39,485 nucleotides of DNA, from positions 164,124,665 to 164,164,149 of the forward strand of contig NC_068983.1 of assembly GCF_001194135.2 (NCBI RefSeq), read 5' to 3'. Both the position numbers and the translations under genes were made by a program. Shown one piece after another: positions 33,355 through 39,485 of this stretch. How positions within the stretch are numbered: position 1 is the first letter of the stretch; every line of letters begins with the position of its first letter. Source of the DNA: Octopus bimaculoides (Eukaryota). The notes beneath the pieces were generated by a model. The model had not been told where the DNA came from. It was given only the letters and a program-made list of their open reading frames with translations, and ran no database searches.

Positions 33355-33547
33355 TTTTTTGTTGTTGTTGCTGTTGCCGTACTTGCTCTTTTAGCTGCTG
33401 CTGTCGTTGCCGCTGCTACTGCCATTGTATTTGTTTATTATCATTATTATCATTAACATTATTATTTTCATTGTTGTTGTTGTTGTGATTGTAGTCTTTG
33501 TTATCTTTATAATCATTGTCGTCATCATCATCATCATCACCATTATG

Positions 33548-33612
<65 letters not shown>

Positions 33613-33634
33613 CATTGGTATTATTATTATGCAT

Positions 33635-33705
<71 letters not shown>

Positions 33706-33720
33706 GTAGTAGTAGTAATA
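33355..33720. repeat. Compound trinucleotide tract (TTG)(CTG)(ATC)(ATT)(TAC)
   Basis: Direct reading. Confidence 0.95.
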
Positions 33721-34054
33721 GTTGTAGTAGAATTTTTTCCTCTTTGATGGTCTATGGTTTCCAAAAGAAGAACAAGATGCAATTAAAGTTTTGCAGTCAA
33801 TGTGTTGGAATTGAAAGATGCTGGACCAGTTTCGTTGCAGCCATTTAGGATGCAAAAACAACACACAATTATTCATATCTGATTTGGCTACATTTTTTTC
33901 TTTCCTTCCTTGCAGGTTTTCATTCATGTGTGTGTTTTTTTTTTGTGTGTGTGTGTGTTCTTCATAGTTATATTATGTTTTTTCTTGTATTCTTTTCCAT
34001 TCTCAAAGCAGTTAAAAGGTTTACTAAAAGGAATAAGACACATCCACGTAGAAA

Positions 34055-35065
34055 GTCACACATAAACACACACATGAATACTCACACAAAGACATACATA
34101 CATACATACATACATACATACATACATACATACATGCATACATACATGCATACATACATACATACATACATATATATATACATACATACATATATACATA
34201 CATGCATACATACATACATACAATAATAATTGAAAATGGAATAAAAGTAGAAATTGTTTGAAATAATTTGGATAGTTGTTGTCAAATAAATCATTTTATA
34301 TTACTGAGGATAGCAGATATGAAGAATTTCATGTTCTTTGAGACATATATGTTTTATTTATTTTATATAATGGTTGTGTGGTTTGTGTAATTATTTTATA
34401 CACACAGACACACACATGAACATACAGACATAATATATAAATATATATATATATAGATTAATAAATATACAAATGTATGTATACAAACATATACACACAA
34501 ACACACACACACACATGCACACACACACACACACATGAACACACACACATGAACACACACACATGAACACACACATAATATATAAATATCTATATATATT
34601 TATTGATAGACAAATATACATATGCATGCATACATACATATATATACATACATATATGTATATATATATACATACAATCACACACACATACACACATGTA
34701 CATGCACACACAGAAGCAGACACACACACACACACATATGCACACACACATGAGCACACCACACATAATATATAAAGATATATATATTTATTGATAGATA
34801 GATAGATATACAAATGTATGCATATATATATATAAACATATGCATACACGCACACTTACACACATGCACAGACACATATACACACAAACACACACACATA
34901 TCTGTAGATATATATTCAAAGCGTTAGATACATGCATTCATAAGGGTGTACTGAGCATAATTATATACCTGTACATACATACATATGCAAATATATATGT
35001 ATTCATATGTGTACGTATTTATATGTGTGCATAGACACATACATCTATACCCACACACACATGCA
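34055..35065. repeat. Compound (CATA)n/(CA)n/(TA)n low-complexity region
   Basis: Direct reading. Confidence 0.85.
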
Positions 35066-35457
35066 GATATTAAGCACATTATATACGTAGAGATAAAATT
35101 TATTGCATATGCAATTTCATATATTTGAACATAGATAACTCATACTTTACTAATATCTGTATGTGTGCCTGTCTACGCATGTCTATGTATGCCTAAGAAT
35201 ATCTGTATTTGTGTGCTGATATCAAAAAGAGAGTTAGAGGCAAAAGAGGAAATATATTTGAAGGTTTCCATGAAATTGCAAATATGAATTCAGAACAGTC
35301 TAACAATTAAATGAATTTAGGAAAAAGAGGTAAAAAAAAAAGGTATCTTATTAAATGGATCTGTTAAGTCTTGACTAATGTATTTCTGAATGAAACTCTT
35401 ATAAGACAAATATTTATTTCACTAATAAACAACAGAGTCCAAAGAATCAAGCAGCAG

Positions 35458-35490
35458 GTAATAATAATATTAATGATGATAATGATGATG

Positions 35491-35545
<55 letters not shown>

Positions 35546-35620
35546 TGATAATAATAGTAATAATATGAAAATAATAATAATAATGATAATAATAATAATA
35601 ATGATAATAATAATAATAAT
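35458..35620. repeat. (TAA)n/(TGA)n tract
   Basis: Direct reading. Confidence 0.95.
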
Positions 35621-35624
35621 AACA

Positions 35625-35693
35625 GAAAAAAGATGGTATAGGCAGACACCAGAAAAGGTCACAGAAAATGAGAAAGCAACAATACTATGGGAT
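35625..35693 (+). mobile_element. Tiny R4/Dong-like fragment after (TAA)n
   Basis: EKRWYRQTPEKVTENEKATILWD resembles the WY.H.PE.V.EN....ILWD segment that precedes the RLE domain. Confidence 0.6.
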
Positions 35694-35714
35694 ATACTAT
35701 ACTTAATCTCTTAT

Positions 35715-36065
35715 TCACACACACACACACATAGACACACAGACACACAGACGTACATGCACACAAACACACACACACACATAGACACACAGACACACAG
35801 ACATACATACACACAAACACACACACAGAGACACACATAAACACACACAAATAAACACACGCACACACACACACACACAAACACACATGCGCAGATAGAC
35901 ACACACGCAGAGGATGGGCTTCCACACAGTTTCTGTCATCCAAATTCACTCACAACACAATTGGTCATCCCAAGGCTATACTAGAAGACACGTGCCCAAG
36001 GGTGCTGCGTAGTGGGGCTGAACCTGAAACCATGTGGTTGGGAAGTGAGCTTTGTAACCACATGG
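35715..36065 (-). mobile_element. SINE family B 5' half with long (CA)n
   Basis: CCAAATTCACTCACAA..GAAGACACGTGCCCAAGG..GAACCTGAAACCATGTGGTTGGGAAG. Confidence 0.8.
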
Positions 36066-36147
36066 CCCTTTTGTAAAACAGGTGCTATTTTCAGGAACCT
36101 ACAATAGATCCCTGTGACCCTGTTCAGGTGTAGATTGCTGTGATTTA

Positions 36148-36478
36148 TGTGGCTGTGTGGCAAGAAATTTGCTTCCCAATCACATGGTTCTGGGTTCAGT
36201 CCCACTGCATGACACCTTGGGCAAGTGTCTCGGGCAGACTAAAGCTTTATGAATGAATTTAGTAGATGGAAACTGAAAGAAGCCCATTGTGTATGTGTGT
36301 GTGTGTGTGTGTGTGCATGTCTTTGTGTCCGTGTTTGTCCCCTCCCCACTGCTAGATAAATGGTGTTAGTATGTTTACATCCCCATCACTTAGCAGTATG
36401 GCAAAAGAAACTGATAAAATAAGTACCAGGCTTTAAAAAGAAATGAAGTTCTAGGGTCAGTTAATTTGAGTAAAACTT
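36148..36478 (+). mobile_element. SINE family B, diverged
   Basis: TGGCTGTGTGGCAAG..GGGTTCAGTCCCACTG..CACCTTGGGCAAGTGTC..(TG)n..AAAATAAGTACCAGGC. Confidence 0.85.
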
Positions 36479-36539
36479 TCTTAGGATTGAACTCTTTCTA
36501 CTCTTCATCGAGTCTGTTCTTTAATTCCTCATTTTTTTT

Positions 36540-36779
36540 TACTTTTATACGTTTCAATCATTTGACTGAGGCCATGCTGGAGCGCTGCCTTTAGTTGAAC
36601 AAATTGACCCCAGGACTTATTCTTTGTAAGTCTAGTACTTATTCTATCACGATCTTAGACTGAACTGCGAATTTACAGGGACGTAAACACACCAGCATCG
36701 GTTGTCAAGCAATGGTGGGGGCACAAACACAGACACACAAACATATACATATGCATACATATACATACATAATATATAT

Positions 36780-36835
<56 letters not shown>

Positions 36836-37043
36836 NNNNNNNNNNNNNNNNNNNNNNNNNNNNNNNNNNNNNNNNNNNNNNNNNNNNNNNNNNNNNNNNN
36901 NNNNNNNNNNNNNNNNNNNNNNNNNNNNNNNNNNNNNNNNNNNNNNNNNNNNNNNNNNNNNNNNNNNNNNNNNNNNNNNNNNNNNNNNNNNNNNNNNNNN
37001 NNNAACATATACATATGCATACATATACATACATAATATATAT

Positions 37044-37077
<34 letters not shown>

Positions 37078-37195
37078 CAACAGGCTTCTTTTAGTTTCCG
37101 TCTACCAAATCCACTCACAAGACTTTGGTGGGCCAGAGGTTATATTAGAAAACACTTGCCCAAGGTTCCACACAGTAGAACTGAACCTGGAACCG
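36540..37195 (-). mobile_element. SINE family B with gapped internal microsatellite
   Basis: CATTTGACTGAGGCCATGCTGGAGC..(TA)n NNN..CCAAATCCACTCACAAG..CACTTGCCCAAGG. Confidence 0.88.
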
Positions 37196-37274
37196 TTTTC
37201 ATCAATTAATTAATAAATATCTCCTAATTAGCATGGACCATATTCAAGAAGATTTTCACCTTGTTGTATCTTAC

Positions 37275-37600
37275 CTTAAGCAATTTATGTAAATGATCCT
37301 CCAATTAAATGTAATTGAAAGATAACGAGGTAGAATTTCTTGTCATGTGATCTGGAAGGCATAGATTTATGTTTCCACACTTATTCCTGGGCTGACTTGA
37401 GACCGAATCAAATTTCTCTGGACAATCTTCATGCGACAGCTTCTCTTGAGTATCAAAGAATTTGATAGGACATCGGAATGGTTTGGTCATCGCTTCCCTA
37501 TCCAATCCAGAAATAAACCAAGCACTATTTGCATTAAACTGCATGTTAAATGAATCATCATTATCACCAACACAACCACCACCACTATCACCTCCACCAC
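37275..37600 (-). other. Open frame of about 100 codons with a nearby strong donor (candidate exon or pseudo-exon)
   Basis: GDNDDSFNMQFNANSAWFISGLDREAMTKPFRCPIKFFDTQEKL..SFNYI*LEDHLHKLLK|GTAAGA; no homology recognised. Confidence 0.15.
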
Positions 37601-38237
37601 CCCTCCACCACCCCTCNNNNNNNNNNNNNNNNNNNNNNNNNNNNNNNNNNNNNNNNNNNNNNNNNNNNNNNNNNNNNNNNNNNNNNNNNNNNNNNNNNNN
37701 NNNNNNNNNNNNNNNNNNNNNNNNNNNNNNNNNNNNNNNNNNNNNNNNNNNNNNNNNNNNNNNNNNNNNNNNNNNNNNNNNNNNNNNNNNNNNNNNNNNN
37801 NNNNNNNNNNNNNNNNNNNNNNNNNNNNNNNNNNNNNNNNNNNNNNNNNNNNNNNNNNNNNNNNNNNNNNNNNNNNNNNNNNNNNNNNNNNNNNNNNNTA
37901 ATAAACCACTACTACCACCACCACCACCACCACCACCATCACCACCACCATTGCCAGGAAGCAGGAGCTTTAACTGAATACACGTCTTTGATTGGTTAAA
38001 AACTACCCAAATACGACAATTTTAACATGAAATAACTTCTAAAATACGAAATTTTGTCAAAAAATGTTGAAAGTAAACCGTGTTGAGCGTAAGAAAATAT
38101 ACCAGTATACAAACTCTCAAACTGTTTCGTTACAAAAAAAAACATTTCTTAATGTGTGAGCGAAACTGAACAGATCCATACAAAGTGGTTTAATCGAATA
38201 TTGAATGGGAAATGGGTCTTTAAATATAATTAGGTTA

Positions 38238-38375
38238 ATGATGATGATGACATTGACAACGATGATGATGAGGAGGACAACGACAATGATGGTGATGATG
38301 GTGTCAATGATGACAATGATGATGATGAGGAGGAGGAGGAGGGAGAGGAGGTTGATGATGATGATGATGATGAGG
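38238..38375. repeat. (GAT)n/(GAG)n degenerate tract
   Basis: Direct reading. Confidence 0.9.
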
Positions 38376-38528
38376 TGGTGATGTATTGGAGTAGGGAAGA
38401 ATAAACTCTAAACGGTTGAGGGGAGGGGCACAAATATTGTTGTCTGTGAGAATATCTCTGCTAAGAAGCCATGCCTCACTGTCATGTCTCTGCAGAAGGT
38501 GACGTTGTGGGAGGCCAGTTGGCAAACC

Positions 38529-39001
38529 TGTGTGTGTGTGTGTGTGCGCACGCATTTGTGTGCCTGTATGTGTGTATATATGTTTGTGTGTGTATATATG
38601 TGTGTGTGTGTATGTGTGTGTATATATGTATGCATATGTGTGTGTATGAGTGTGTGTGTATGTGTATATGTGTGTGTGTATGTGTATACGCGTGTGTGTA
38701 TGNNNNNNNNNNTGTGTGTGTATGTGTATACGCGTGTGTGTATGTGTGATTGTGTGCGCATGCATTTGTGTGCCTGTGTGTGTGTATATGTGTGTGTGTA
38801 TGTGTATATGTGTGTGTATGTGTGAGTATGTGTGCATGCATTTGTGTGCCACTGTGTGTGTGTATATGTGTGTGTGAGTGTGTGTGTATATATGTCTTTG
38901 TGTTTGTGTATGTGTGAGTGTACGTGGGAGTGTGTGCGCATGCATTTTTGTGTGTGTGTGTGTGCATGTTGCATACATGCATATATGCGTGTGTGTGTGT
39001 A
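38529..39001. repeat. Degenerate (TG)n compound microsatellite
   Basis: Direct reading; 10-N gap at 38703-38712. Confidence 0.9.
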
Positions 39002-39485
39002 TGACAGGTTTATGGGAGTCTTGATTGACCATCTCCGCTGTGAAACCGATTCCAATGACATCTCTTAATAACAGCCTCACACCTCTAATTAGTCTGCAAG
39101 GCTTTAACAATGGCGTAACGAGGAGCTCAATTAATAACTTCACCAGAATATAAAGACTTGCCAAAGAGATAATTCTCGGGTGGCGCATCTTCGTGTATCA
39201 GCACTGATTGCCAGGGATTAATGGCAATGAGGATTATCCGTTGGAATATTAAGACTGCAGGTGGTGGGTTAGGGTGTGGGGAGTGAAAGAATTCGGCTTC
39301 ATAGGAATGGTTGGTGGTCTTCAGACTTTGCTGCTGGTGCCGTGAATCAACACCATCATCATCATCATCATTATCATCAGCATCATAATCATCATCATCA
39401 TCATCATCATTATCATCATCATTGACACCACTGCTGCCACCACCATCACCACCACCCTCTTCCTTCCCATCTCTCCTCCTAAACT

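Noticed and set aside
2432-39188. Most long ORFs in the supplied track (poly-IY, HT, CV, poly-L/T/M/H, X-filled)
   Set aside because: They are translations of microsatellites and N-gaps, not genes.
39030-39260. Minus-strand protein-like stretch (DAPPENYLFGKSLYSGEV..)
   Set aside because: Two in-frame stops and no recognisable family.
1-39485. CRISPR arrays, rRNA, prokaryotic operons or defence systems
   Set aside because: No regularly spaced repeat-spacer arrays and no rRNA-like sequence; the DNA is clearly eukaryotic and repeat-derived.

Overview
AT-rich, repeat-saturated eukaryotic DNA from a gapped draft assembly (N-runs at 2503, 7517, 11576, 25636, 27437, 36837, 37617 and 38703). The repeat families resemble those I recall from octopus/coleoid genomes; this is inference, not a database result. 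No host protein-coding gene is recognisable, and nearly all ORF-track entries are microsatellite translations. Supported content: many tRNA-headed SINEs from several families (informal labels A, B, C, H plus a (GAT)n-tailed family D); at least six decayed pieces of R4/Dong-like non-LTR retrotransposons, most beside (TAA)n or (CATA)n tracts; a decayed Helitron PIF1-like helicase; two foldback (MITE-like) elements and one shorter hairpin; and a locally triplicated unit of about 600 bp with a decayed reading frame. The most notable signal is a set of minimal, Penelope-type hammerhead-ribozyme motifs (CUGANGA...GAAA...NUH) in four unrelated repeat contexts. One lies in the loop of a 130-bp terminal-inverted-repeat element (8878-9245), and another forms part of the 3' half of a tRNA-derived SINE (three copies). 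Every individual copy carries at least one substitution, so catalytic activity is a hypothesis. Coordinates were counted by eye and may be off by a few bases.
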